Source: Adineta vaga
Lineage: Eukaryota > Animalia > Rotifera
Direction of reading: 5' to 3'
DNA length: 64,000 bases
Assembly: GCA_021613535.1 (NCBI GenBank)
Contig: CP075494.1
Coordinates: 2,914,001 to 2,978,000 of the forward strand
The notes beneath the pieces are model-generated. The model did not search any database and was not told where the DNA came from. It saw only the letters and a list, made by a program, of their open reading frames with translations. Below are positions 23,926 through 35,980 of this stretch, piece after piece. How positions within the stretch are numbered: position 1 is the first letter of the stretch; every line of letters begins with the position of its first letter. Both the position numbers and the translations under genes were made by a program.

Positions 23926-24705
23926 TAAAATCAGCACCAGTTGTTGATAATTTGATGTAGATTGTTTTTGTTTTCTTGTTTGGGTTGATGAAGTACAGAG
24001 GATCTCGATGAAAACCAGTTTTTTTAAGTCCTAGGACTTTTTAGCTGGTCGAAAGAAAAAGTAGAAAGACGAGAGATAAGATATATATGTTTGCACTGAA
24101 TGAGTTGGATCATTAAGAACATTCATTTATAAGATACAAACAACACAAAATTTATAAGAAACGGCTCTTGTGATGGAGAGAAAATGTTAGTTTAATATAT
24201 TCGAGTGATGTAAATTCTAAAAGGGGAAGCCAAGAGAAATATGAATTGTATAAAAACGGTAACGATTTTTCATGTTGGTATATAATCAATAAGTCGGCAT
24301 ATAATTGTAATAATGAAATATGTTTTACGTACTTCAGTTCACATAGTAAATAGAAAAAATGTTTTTTTCTCCGTTCTTTTATCGATACGTTACCTTGAAA
24401 GAAAAATCATTTTTTTTCTCGTTAATGAAGAAAGAGGAAAAAACATACGAATGTGTCTGGTAGAGTAGCAAACAAAAAAAACTATTTGTACTGAAAACGG
24501 AGTACTGAGCGCTACCAAGAAGAAAAAAATGATTGATATTGCTCTCTCATAACATTCACATAAACCTTCATACTAGAAAGTATTGATGCATTACATGATT
24601 CTATCAAATTGAAGGAGATATGTCAATAAACAATCTTGTCTTTCATATGTTTGACAGAGCAAAAAAAAGTGATAATTCCAATGTTAGAATTGAATAAAAC
24701 GACGC

Positions 24706-24772
24706 ATCTTGAGGGTGTGGGTGGGTATTCCTTATTCATCTAAATTCATTTTCATATCGACACCCTCAAAAT
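24706..24772. repeat. Telomere-repeat mini-palindrome
   Basis: ATCTTGAGGGTGT...ACACCCTCAAAAT. Confidence 0.75.
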
Positions 24773-24967
24773 TAGTCAATATATAGTTACAAGATGTGTG
24801 TATTCAATCGACAGATTTTAGGCGATTTTATTTATTTTATGCATGAAAAAAACATTTTGCAATTCTGACTGAATGGTATAGATAAGAATGAGCCTGCGTC
24901 TCTTATGTAGTCTCGTTGTAAACAGGAAATTAAATGAAAAAGTATACATCCACACACATGCTTCAGG

Positions 24968-26342
24968 TTACATATTCAAAATTGATGAAAAAATCATGAA
25001 AATGAAAAAATATCGTTTCGAATAAGTTGTAGCAGATGATCTAGGAGTTGTTGTCGATATTCCAAATGGTACACATTGGTAATAACGTTGAATTTCAAGA
25101 ATATCTATAGCAGTTAAATTAGTTGGTTCACCAATAGTAACGCTAACATTCTTTGTTGGAATCATTGTCAAAGATCCATTTATAGTAAATGAAGTAAGTG
25201 GATAATGCATAACTGATCCATAATCATAAGGTGTATCAAGATCATAAACTAGATTTTCAGTATATTTTTTAAATTTATCGATTTTATCTAAAAATGATAA
25301 GTTTTCTTAATTATAAATCTTGTTTTTAAATTTTCAAAAACCTTTTTGAATATTTTCCCATTCAATTCTAAGATATAAATCACGATCAGGTCTTAATTGT
25401 TCATGACCAAATCCTTAATTCAAAAAAATTTTTTGTTCGAATGAGAAAAGAAAATAATATTTTCTACCTAATGTATGAAGTAGTTCATGAAGAATAATTC
25501 CAATTTCCATACAACTACTAGTCGATGAATGTTCCAAAGTTATTCGATTAAAACCCAATCCTTTTCCAATCTATATAAAAAAGAATTCTTCGAATTTCTA
25601 TTTAAATTCGTACATACAGTTGATGAACATCCTGTGCCATTTTGTATAATAAGATAATTATAATCGAATTCGAATTGACGTTGAAATTGAATACATAATT
25701 TATCATCTATTTTTGTTTTTTCTTCGATTTGTTTCATTGCTTCTTGAATAAGATTGACATGAATTTCAGCTAAAAATCAAATGAAAATAGTTTTTCTTGT
25801 TATCAAATTTATTATACGAACAAAAACTTGAATCGATATAATAACGGACAGTACCATCGTACCATTTTGGATTTATTTTCACTGCGACTCCTCGACTTTG
25901 CTATAAAACAACAGAGAAATATTTTATATTTAATTTAAGGAATACATACGATCATAGTTTCGTCAAGCATTATTTCATCGTCTAAATTTTACCAAAGATT
26001 TATTTTGATAAGATATAATAATTATTATAAAAGATAGTATACTAACTTGTTTCTATCGTTTGTTGTTTTAAGAATACGGAATCATCTTCAATATTCTAAA
26101 TCGTAATTACAAAATAGAAAACTTCTAGATTTTAGATAAATGATGATTACTTTTGAAATATCATTTTTTTCCAACAATAGATTTGTCTGTATTTCCTTCC
26201 TAAATATTTGTCATAAATAAATAAAATTATCTGAAAGTTTTTCTTCTTACCATTCTAATTCATATTTTGATGTCGATGGCATTTCATACGACTTCGAAAT
26301 CACATAATAATATGTTATTAGTATATAATAAATACAATTCAT
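24968..26342 (-). CDS. Astacin-family (M12A) zinc metalloprotease, multi-exon, hydrophobic C-terminal tail
   Basis: HELLHTL|GFGHEQLRPDRD across an intron; YDYGSVMHY Met-turn; GTGCSS; N-terminal signal-like segment starting at 26342. Confidence 0.88.
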
Positions 26343-27641
26343 TGCTTCGAATAAACTTTATACTAGTGAGATTCTTTTATATTGCAATATGCTTATCTCC
26401 TCTATAGTGGCTGCCATGTGACTCAATGATTTTATCACTAACATATAAATGACAAAGTTAATATTTGATCTGTCTTATTCATTCTATTTTCTGACGTAGT
26501 CGCAGTCATTCTGTTACCACGCAGTATATCCACAGTAAAAAAAAAAGAATTTCATATCTTTTTCAGGATAGTTACGATTATTTTTTTTTGGCATTCGAAA
26601 AGATTGATACTAGGTATCTAAACGTACTCTAGACTGGAATTTCACGTTTCTAATTGTTATGGTTACAATGATATGTTTGTCAATAAAAACAAGAGAAAAA
26701 AAGTCGAAATATTATCAATAATCTTTAATTATTTCTTGAATACGTTGCAACATGAATTGTATTGCTTGAAAAGACATTTAGTAGTGGATTCGGTATTTTT
26801 TCCATCATTTCGTACTCTGCCCCCATTGATCATCCTATGCTTTTTTATCATTTACACTAATATCTCCTTTGTGACTTTATTTGAATAAAACTATTCATTC
26901 ACGCTCAGAACATGACACGTTATTCGAATACGACCAAAACTCAATATTATATCAAAATGATGATGTGTTTGACTATGTTTAATGTTAATATATCTGGTGG
27001 TACAATCATAGCTGAGAATATTTTGTTATCATATAATTCATGTACATGTAGGTTGTTCTATCGATCATTCACAACAACTTTCATTTGCATCGTTTGTATT
27101 TCAAGAACAAGGTCATTCTTTACAAGATGAACGACATAAACGACATTGATTTGTATTAGTTTGAGATATCGTTAGTAACGCATTCCTTGATTCAAGTTCA
27201 AGAACAATATCAGAAATCTGAAATTATTTTCATCGTTTTTTTTCTTCTAAAATATGTTCGATGTTCTTTTTGTACAAATAGTTACACGAACGTTTGTAAA
27301 GAATGTACATTACTTCTCGATTTAATTAAAAATACCATGATTCATTAGAAACGCGTTAATCCTTGTTGTTCTGATCTCATTATTTCCATTAGAAATCTTT
27401 CTCTTAAAACTTTCTGGCAGTACAAAGAAAGAAGTATTCCTATGTTATTGTTTGTTATTTCATTTCTTTCTCATTCGCTATAATTTTTCTTGACCTTAAC
27501 GGACGATATTTCGTAAGCCAAGTTGACTTTTTTTTTCATTAAATTTCATCGACGGACGAAAATAAATAAATAGAAAAAGAAAATTGTTGACCTTTAACAA
27601 CCAATGAAAGACATATCTTCTGTTTCATTCTGCTATGTGCG

Positions 27642-27648
27642 TATAAAA
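27642..27648 (+). promoter_or_regulatory. TATA box of peptide gene 1 (a 5'-UTR intron follows at ~27700-27754)
   Basis: TATAAAA about 130 bp upstream of the ATG, conserved in copy 2 (29677-29683). GTAAGT...TTTAG lies downstream. Confidence 0.55.
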
Positions 27649-27777
27649 GCAGAAGATATTTGTATAAACATCAAACTGTTCAACAATCAACAATTCGAAG
27701 TAAGTTTCCCATGTCGAATTTATCGATGTGTGTCATATGTTTGATCTTATTTAGTTTATAAATAAAAATACAACATA

Positions 27778-28077
27778 ATGCATCGGTCACTAATTTTTCT
27801 CACTGTTTTGGCTCTTATTGTGGTAGTTATCTGTGCCGAGGAGCCAATGATCGAGAATATCGAAACGGTGGATGAAGTTCCTTTGACAACAGCACAGACG
27901 TTTCTTGTCGGTGGACACAATGAAGACGGAGATGATCCAGTTGACATCGGCAAACGTTATTGGAATCAATGGGAACGTCGTCAAGATTATCGTCAAGATT
28001 ATCGACAAGATTATCGACAAGGTCAGCGTCAAGATTATCGACAAGATCAGCGTCAGTATCACCGGCGACGAGGGTAA
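27778..28077 (+). CDS. Secreted prepropeptide 1 (signal, acidic pro-piece, KR, RQDY-repeat mature peptide ending RRRG)
   Basis: Hydrophobic signal, E/D-rich pro-region, dibasic KR site, AATAAA at ~28153. Confidence 0.85.
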   Translation: MHRSLIFLTVLALIVVVICAEEPMIENIETVDEVPLTTAQTFLVGGHNEDGDDPVDIGKRYWNQWERRQDYRQDYRQDYRQGQRQDYRQDQRQYHRRRG

Positions 28078-28540
28078 TCAGCTCAACTAAATTGTCACAA
28101 AATAATTGGTGTTTGTATCTAATCAACCAATCTTTGTCAAATAATTCTTGTTAATAAAATTTTGAAAAAACGGAGTTGAAAATCTCTGCAAAATAAAAGG
28201 TTTTACCAAATAGAGGGTGTGGGTTGAGAGTCTAGTACCACCGAAACCCAAAAGAAACAATCGTTAAATGATAAACCATTTCACATGGACACGATTCGAT
28301 CTCAGTATATGCATATCGAAATAACAAAAACTACGTCTTTCGTTAATTGTACAAATATTCTGTGACTCGTGTGATGATTCTTAGTATGTGGAATAGTTAT
28401 TTTTGTTTTTGATTTGAAATACTTAGCTCGAACGGATAATTTAGTCAAATTAGATTTACAAAGAAGAAAAAAAAAGTAACGAATTGTTCAAATGAGAGAA
28501 AAATACTTGATGATCTTCATATATATATATTTATGTTATA

Positions 28541-28587
28541 TCTTGAGGGTGTGGGAAATTCAACAGACCCACACCCACACCCTCTTC
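28541..28587. repeat. Telomere-repeat mini-palindrome
   Basis: TCTTGAGGGTGTGGG...CCCACACCCACACCCTC. Confidence 0.8.
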
Positions 28588-29036
28588 ATTGAATTAGTGA
28601 TTAGTCGCTACGATGTTAGAAAAACAATATTCCCTATATGAGTATGGTGCCGATCAAAATATTTTGGAACTAAACCGTTTACATATATTTAATGTAGAGA
28701 CCGACAGTGTATTACACAAATCCTGGACGCTGAGAGACGCAGCCTATGATTTAAGAAAATCTTTTCGTGAACATTTATCAGAAATAATTTTGCATTGGAT
28801 TAAAGTTGATGGCCAAAACAAAAACACTGACAATGACAATAGTGAGGAGGAGGATGGCATCGACGATGACAAACAATAAACAAAAAGATAAACGTGATTC
28901 TGAAGATTTTTCTGTGAAACTGCGGAGATGACAGTATGATTGTGAGGGCAGAACAGTGAAACGTCTGGTCTCTGTCATTCTCAAGAATTTTAATTGATAT
29001 CAATACGATGCGACCAAAGAAGTGCATTGTCTACTT

Positions 29037-30665
29037 GCTGAGAATATTTGGTTATCATATAATTCAAGTACATGTAGGTTGTTCTATCGATCATTCACAA
29101 CAACTTTCATTTGAATCGTTTGTATTTCAAGAACAAGGTCATTCTTTACAAGATGAACGACATAAACGACATTGATTTGTATTAGTTTGAGATATCGTTA
29201 GTAACGCATTCCTTGATTCAAGTTCAAGAACAATATCAGAAATCTGAAATTATTTTCATCGTTTTTTTTCTTCTAAAATATGTTCGATGTTCTTTTTGTA
29301 CAAATAGTTACACGAACGTTTGTAAAAAATGTACATTACTTCTCGATTTAATTAAAAAAAACATGATTTAATAGAAATGCGTAAATCCTTCTTATTCTGA
29401 TTTCATTATTTCCATTAGAAATCTTTCTCTTAAAACTTTCTGGCACTACAAAGAAAGAAGTATTCCCATGTTATTGTTTGTTATTTCATTTCTTTATCAT
29501 TCGCTATAATTTTTCTTGACCTTGACCGACAATATTTCGTAAGTCAAGGGGACTTTTTCCCATCAAATTTTCATTGACGGGTGGGAAGAAATAAATAGAA
29601 AAAGATAAAGTTTGACCTTCAACAACCAATGAAACACAATGAAAGACATAGCGTCTGTTTCATTTTGCTATGTGCGTATAAAAGCAGAAGATATTTGTAT
29701 AAACATCAAACTGTTCAACAATCAACAATTCGAAGTAAGTTTCCCATGTCGAATTCATCGATGTGTGTCATATGTTTGATCTTATTTAGTTTATAAATAA
29801 AAATACAACATAATGCATCGGTCACTAATTTTTCTCACTGTTTTGGCTCTTATTGTGGTAGTTATCTGTGCCGAGGAGCCAATGATCGAGAATATCGAAA
29901 CGGTGGATGAAGTTCCTTTGACAACAGCACAGACGTTTCTTGTCGGTGGACACAATGAAGACGGAGATGATCCAGTTGACATTGGAAAGCGTCACTGGAA
30001 TCGATGGGAACGACATGAACATCGTCGTCATGAACATCATCATCATCATCATCATCATCGTCGTCAATACCGCCGAGGATGGTAACCAGTTTAACTGAAT
30101 TGCCGCGAAATACTTGTTATTCATATCCAATCAAGCAAACTTTGTCAAATAATTCTTGTTAATAAAATTCAAAAAAAAGGAGTCGGAAATTCTGATTTGA
30201 ACAATTTTGCTCATACCTCGGAGAAGTTGTATGGTGATAAAGAGACACGATCATATGACAATTTACACAGCATGTGAAGTTTTTGGTAGATTAAATAAAA
30301 AGATTGTGAATGATTCGATGGTACTTATATGGATATAAGAAGCATTATAGTATGGTATAAATGTTTTTCAGCTAGCATACACTAGGATAGTTACTTGAAA
30401 TTTTGATATTTTGTGAAATATATTCGTTATTTGTTAAAAAATTAAAAAGAGAGAAGAAATGATACCATTTTTGTATATACTATCCTTTATGGAAAGGACA
30501 GAACTCGAACTTGAGGGTGGTGGTTTCAGAGTGTAGCATCACCCAAACCCACAATCACACCCTTAGCTCCAATAGTTAGTTTATTCAAATTGGATTTGCA
30601 AAGAAGAAAAAAAGTAACGAATTGTTCAAATGAAAGAAAAATGCTTGATGATCTTCAGATATTTA
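29037..30665 (+). repeat. Tandem segmental duplication, copy 2
   Basis: Aligns to 27009-28530, with a divergent interval in the 3' flank. Confidence 0.9.
29813..30085 (+). CDS. Secreted prepropeptide 2 (His/Arg-rich mature peptide)
   Basis: The first 60 aa are identical to peptide 1; mature part HWNRWERHEHRRHEHHHHHHHHRRQYRRGW. Confidence 0.85.
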   Translation: MHRSLIFLTVLALIVVVICAEEPMIENIETVDEVPLTTAQTFLVGGHNEDGDDPVDIGKRHWNRWERHEHRRHEHHHHHHHHRRQYRRGW

Positions 30666-31491
30666 TGTTATAGCTAAGCACATATTAACCATTGCAAAGG
30701 TTTTAAGCGAATTATTAGCAGGAACGTATGCATTGAGAGTACAACGAAATGATGTAAATATAGGTTTGTGAAAATTTGTATATCCATTAAATGTTAAATA
30801 AGATGCTGAAAATACGTGAAGAATAAAAGGAAAGAAGGTACTACCGATACGTTCCATAGTCATTGGATCACCATAACTATTGTATGATGTACAGCTTTTA
30901 CTGATAGTACCCGTGTCATATCTACTTACAAGATGGTTATTGACGATAACGTATGAATTATCCCAATCAAGATTTTTATAGTCATTCGGTACTGTTGTCA
31001 TAGACGGTAGATCATCAAATGTTATGAAAGTATTTCCATTCGTACAATCTATTTTATCAATAATGAAAAAATCAGATTAGTTTGTATTTTTAAAAAGAAA
31101 CATATGTCTTCATATTCGAATTCAAACAAGATTTATTTCTCTACAAAGGTTGTGAAGTTTACCTACGACCGCGGTTGATATTGTCGTCGTAGTTGGTGCT
31201 GATTTGACAAAAAAAATGAACAAAAGTGTTAGAAAAAGACTGCACAGGTTCCCAATTATGGGAGATATATTTCCGTTGTGTTATTCCAGATTCATGACTT
31301 TCATCTTCCGCTCAGGAAAAAGTGACTACTCAGTTTCTTATACAAAAAAAAGAAATTACACATTTCCCACGATTTGAACGTTATAAAGCTGACGGAGACG
31401 CGAATAATTAAGGATTGATTAAAACTCACCAGGTGGAATTCGTTTTCCAAACTTAGCGATCACAGTCACAATATTTGATTGAGTTACCATA
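30663..31491 (-). pseudogene. Degenerate type-II membrane protein with an 'ITFDDL...' extracellular domain
   Basis: TM-like LCSLFLTLLFIFFV and a Thr-rich exon, then DCTNGNTFITFDDLPSMTTVPNDYKNLDW. It ends at the duplication boundary. Confidence 0.4.
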
Positions 31492-32361
31492 CTTATGTTT
31501 TGACTATATATATTCGAAAATAATCGACAGAGATCGCATATCTGGTACAATTGATTGTTTGATAAAAATAAGGTGAAGAAAAAGAAAAGAAAGTTTTGCC
31601 AAAGTCATTGTTAAAGAAACTATAAATTGGTGAAATGAATGAAATTGGAAAAGTGCATTTTATAATACACATCGTTTCATCTGTTGTGTCCTTTCTCTCA
31701 TATCGTGTCTGATATATGCTTGCTTATTATACTCTTAAAAACAAAAACCTGATGTATATCTATTAAATAAAGTTATCAATTCGATTTTTATTCTTAAAAA
31801 ATTGTTATAACGTCCTATTCTATTTTTACTTTAATTATTTGACGATTTGAGAAAAATTAGTTTTTTCTTCATTAACGCTGAAAATTTTGTTCTATCTTAT
31901 ACTAACATCAATTCATTAGTACGCAGTCAATTAATACATTTCACTTTTAATATCATTCTCATTTTTTTCTTCAACTTTTATCAATGGTGTGGATGTGGGT
32001 GAACCCAACAAACCCACGCTCTCTAAATTTGAAGCCTTGGTAATCAAAGGATTAAAATAAGAATTGTTAAATTTAAATTATTCGAAGAAAAATATCTAAG
32101 TCAACATGTTCAAATATCATTTTTCAATAGAGATGACAATTATTTTTGTTATGTTCATTCGATTAGAGATGTTGCTTGTTTATATTCTTTAGTGATAAAA
32201 GAATTTCGTGTAATTAATAAGCCGTTCATATGGTAGCGAAAGAAAATATAGCTCTTTGTCTGCATCACTTTTGTCGTGAGTGTCAATTAACTAATGATCA
32301 ATTACAGAAATATCACGATGAATATCTTTTTCTAAACTGATTCTCTCTCGAAGTGTTGAAA

Positions 32362-33573
32362 ATGTCAAATAAGTGTTCGGTAACATGGTGTTATTTACCA
32401 AAATATCAATTCAATTTTGGTCTTGAAGAAGCATTTGTTGAAGCTCCTCCGGCTTTAAATATCGCTTTATGTGCATTGTCACAGATATTAACAAATAATC
32501 ATCTTATGATGAATATACTGGTATATTACCGGTGAGTTCTGCGATAAAATGTTAAATAAAATAAGATTTTTTTGGTGTTTTTAGACGGAAATATCTGAAT
32601 CAGTTCGAAATCGAATAAAAAATACATTCACTCAAACAAATCTACCATCGACTGTTTTTCAAGATGAAGAACTTCTAATAGCACCAGTGTCATGTGCAAT
32701 TTATGGAAGCTATTTAGGGAGAGAAAAAGAAACAGACACCGAAATTATTTATATAAATAGACAAGTACAAAAAAACCTTTTATGAATAATATTTTCGTCA
32801 TTGAGAATGTAATTTTTAGTTAATCGAATATTCGAAGATGAATAATCATCCAACTGATGTTATTCGATACGGTGCCGTTCTACGTTTCTCAATATTACGT
32901 GAACTTGGACATTGGTCATTCCATCATTTTGCTTGCAATATGGATCATGATTTAGAAACACCAAAAGGTTAAATATTTCCTTCGTTTCTCGATTGATTTG
33001 TTTTTCTAATTTTGATTTTATCTATATATAGGAGTTTTAATGGAAGAAGCCGGTGATGCTATTGAATTTTTATTATTTGGATTTCGTATCCAACATTATG
33101 GTCCTGAACATCCAAAACTAATGGTAATAAAAACAAAACATATCGAATAAGATGTCCCATTAATCGTTCTTGGATTTAGATCGATGAAATTGTTACGAAA
33201 TTCAATCGCAGTTATCGTATTATTCCACTGGATTATCTCAAGAGTTTATTTGAAGAAAATACATATGCAAGTAGATATTACTGAATGTAGAACTAGTTTT
33301 TATACTTATTTGGTTGAATGACAATGAAACTAGCATTAATTATGTCATATATTCACATGAATATTTTCTAATTTTAGATGTAAAAGATCATCTGTCTATC
33401 AAAATTTCAATAAAAAAACTACGAGAAGCGGTTGTACTTCATGAAGAATTACAGACATTGAATTTCAAATGAGTATTCAATCCGATAAACGAACCAACAT
33501 TACAATTAACAACAAATCATACTTACATTCCAACAGGAAAACGTATATTTGATCCACATGATAAAAACTATTG
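32362..33573 (+). pseudogene. Multi-exon zincin-like gene with a frameshift and a degenerate HExxH (RELGH)
   Basis: Spliced exons read TEISESVRNRI...ILRELGHWSF...TPK|GVLMEEAGDAIEFLLFG. Exon 1 needs a frame change near 32497 to splice in phase. Confidence 0.5.
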
Positions 33574-34394
33574 AATTTATCTTCATTTTTACATTTTTTG
33601 CAAAGTATTTTCTCCACTATCAGTTTTTCATTGTCTTGCTTAAACGTTGAAAACACAAAATAGATAAAACGTGATTGAACTTCATCGTTTCCGTATACCA
33701 GGAAACAAGTTAGTATCTAGTACAAAATCAATCGTATTTACTCAACAAAACTCTCAGTCCAAACCATGACGATTTTTAACGAATTGTATAAGATGTCAAA
33801 AGTGTGTTGGTTATGTTCGAATTCATAATATGATTTCTTAGCTATAAGAAAAAATGCAATAAAAAAATCTTGTTTTTGTCAATTATATGATTTGATATTG
33901 AATAGAAAATTCGACGTCATAATTTGATTTTTACACCAAATAATTTCTTGTTAGAAGACAAGTTGATATTTTTTTATTTTCATCAAAGAATATTTGTTCT
34001 ATATAATGTTTAACTTGTGTGTGTGTGTTTTGCTTAAATTCTTTGAAATTTTGATATGAATATAATTTGTTAAGAGAGAAGAAGAGAAAAAACATCAGTA
34101 GAAAATGTTCGAAATAGATTCTATCAAATTGTATAGTTTGTTTTCTTTTCTATTCTGTGAAATTTAGATCTTCTAATTTGATGAAAACATGTTGTTTTCA
34201 TTCATGTCGTTGATTGATATGTTAAAGATCTGATTTCTATTGATTACATAAGGAAAAATATTTTGTTCGAGTTAGTTTTCATATTTAACGTTTAATTAAA
34301 TAAGACTTACAAATACTGATGTCAATTTCTTCAAACTAAAGTCAAACAGAAAAAAAGTCAAGTCAAGTCAAGTCAAGTTTGAAAAGTAAAAGAA

Positions 34395-34886
34395 ATGAGT
34401 TCATCAATCGACTATCATCAACAATTTCTTCGTGCTGATACAAATCGTAAAGGAAAGATCGATGAAAATCAATTTCGATCCTTTCTCGGACCGATTGAAT
34501 CCAAAACTCAAACTCCACAATTCACAAAAGAAGATGAAGAATCTTGGAATGTAATTAAAACAAAAAAGAAAATTTCTCTTCTTCTATCTTTTCTTTTGTT
34601 TTAGTCAACTCCTGTTATGGAAACATACACATATGAAATTGGTTATGATGTTGCCTATTATGGTTTTGTAGAAGATCCATATAAATATGAAGTTTTCATG
34701 AAAAGTTCTGCAGAACCTTATGAACATTCATATCCTATTGGACCAGATGTTGGAATTGGTGCACCCAATATCGCACATAAAGTGAAAAAATATGATCCAG
34801 CTGGATCAATGTTTTATTTTGCTGATTTTAATCATGATTCGTTTCTCGATGAAACCGAATTCAATTATTTAATGAATTCAATTTAA
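34395..34886 (+). CDS. EF-hand calcium-binding protein (2 exons)
   Basis: DTNRKGKIDENQF and DFNHDSFLDETEF loops; intron 34551-34604. Confidence 0.75.
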
Positions 34887-35980
34887 GATTTTATTTTTCT
34901 TCTTCTAATTTGTATATTCATGTTTATATATTCTCTTTCTTTTCTCTTTTTTTTCATTTTCTGCTTATTATTCATATTCATTATATATACATATATATTT
35001 CTATATATAGGTCAATCTTTATGCTTTTTCTTTCTTCTTCATTTCGATGAGAATCAATTTGAAAATTCTCATATATGATTTATAGTATTTTATTTTACAA
35101 ACAAAACTGCGCAGTTAGAAAAGAAGATGTTATTATTCATCTTCCTTTCTTTAGATTTAATCAAAACAAAGAGATATATATATATATTTCATCTTTGTTT
35201 TCTTGTTCTTATGATCGATCATAATGTATAGAATATAAATCAATCTTTTCTTCGTTTTTTTTTATTGAAATAAAAACCAAATTCAATCATTTTTGGAACA
35301 TTGTTTAATATCGATTTCTCTCATGATTATAGAATTTGTTCTTGTTAAAATCGAAATTCCGAATTCCAATAGTATCGAATGTGCCTTATTCGACGATATA
35401 AATCAACGTTTTTCAAAAGTAATATTCAACAAATATTTCTTCGAAATGAAAATGGATCTTGTTTAGAACCATTACTTATCAAAGCGTGTCCAAATGAAAG
35501 TATCGATGTTTTGGAGTTTGAAGAAAATGAAATTGCGCATATTTTATATTCCCGAAATAAACGAATAATTAATAAAAATGTATATACGTATATAGAAAAC
35601 GCTTTCATCTTGTTTATTCTTTTCAAAACGATATCAAAGATATAATGTGTTATATAAAGACATACTATCGTGAACGTGCGACTATCTGTCTGAGAATATT
35701 TTTAAAATGAGATATATTGAACTTGTTCGTAATTACGACTGTACACCTTACACATTTTTTACGCTCATATGATCTGAACGATAATGATGCTGTGTGTCGA
35801 AAACATTTGGCCGATAGTAAAATTAATTTTATTTAAAATGCCATACTATAATCCTATGTACTTTTATCAAAAGAAAATTAATGCTATACTCATTAATGAT
35901 ATTTCCAGATGAAAGAAATTCTGATTCATTGATGTTTATTTTCAAAATTTTTATTAAAAACACGTATTCAGAATGATCAT

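Larger units (their letters stand above)
18844..24102 (-). mobile_element. Full-length non-LTR retrotransposon (jockey/I group, Hebe-like), ~5.26 kb
   Basis: 5' end CATTCAGT (Inr-like); gag-like ORF1; APE+RT ORF2; AATAAA (18869-18874) and poly(A) (18844-18857); 13-bp TSD AGTTGGATCATTA at 18831-18843 and 24103-24115. Confidence 0.95.
17789..24126 (-). pseudogene. HVCN1: Voltage-gated proton channel Hv1-like gene disrupted by a LINE insertion in exon 1
   Basis: S1 VIIDCLLVIAEIMLD carries the Hv1 Asp. S4 RLWRF|VRIVN spans a 16-bp micro-exon (18231-18246), followed by a coiled-coil-like tail. The ATG at 24126 gives MNVLNDPT, which rejoins NDLLLSSQ at 18830 once the LINE and one TSD are removed. 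Confidence 0.85.
27009..28530 (+). repeat. Tandem segmental duplication, copy 1 (peptide gene and flanks)
   Basis: Aligns to 29037-30190; in addition, 28405-28530 aligns to 30562-30665. Confidence 0.9.

Noticed and set aside
27756-28154. Overlapping alternative-frame and antisense ORFs over peptide gene 1
   Set aside because: By-products of stop-poor 12-bp repeats; only 27778-28077 has signal/pro/KR logic and a paralog.
28613-29027. 88-aa acidic-tailed ORF between the peptide duplicates
   Set aside because: No recognisable domain and stops follow downstream; probably an inserted degenerate fragment, so a gene call is not supportable.
34356-34378. (AAGTC)n run upstream of the EF-hand gene, and (CA)n at ~1997-2018
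   Set aside because: Simple microsatellites with no evidence of function.
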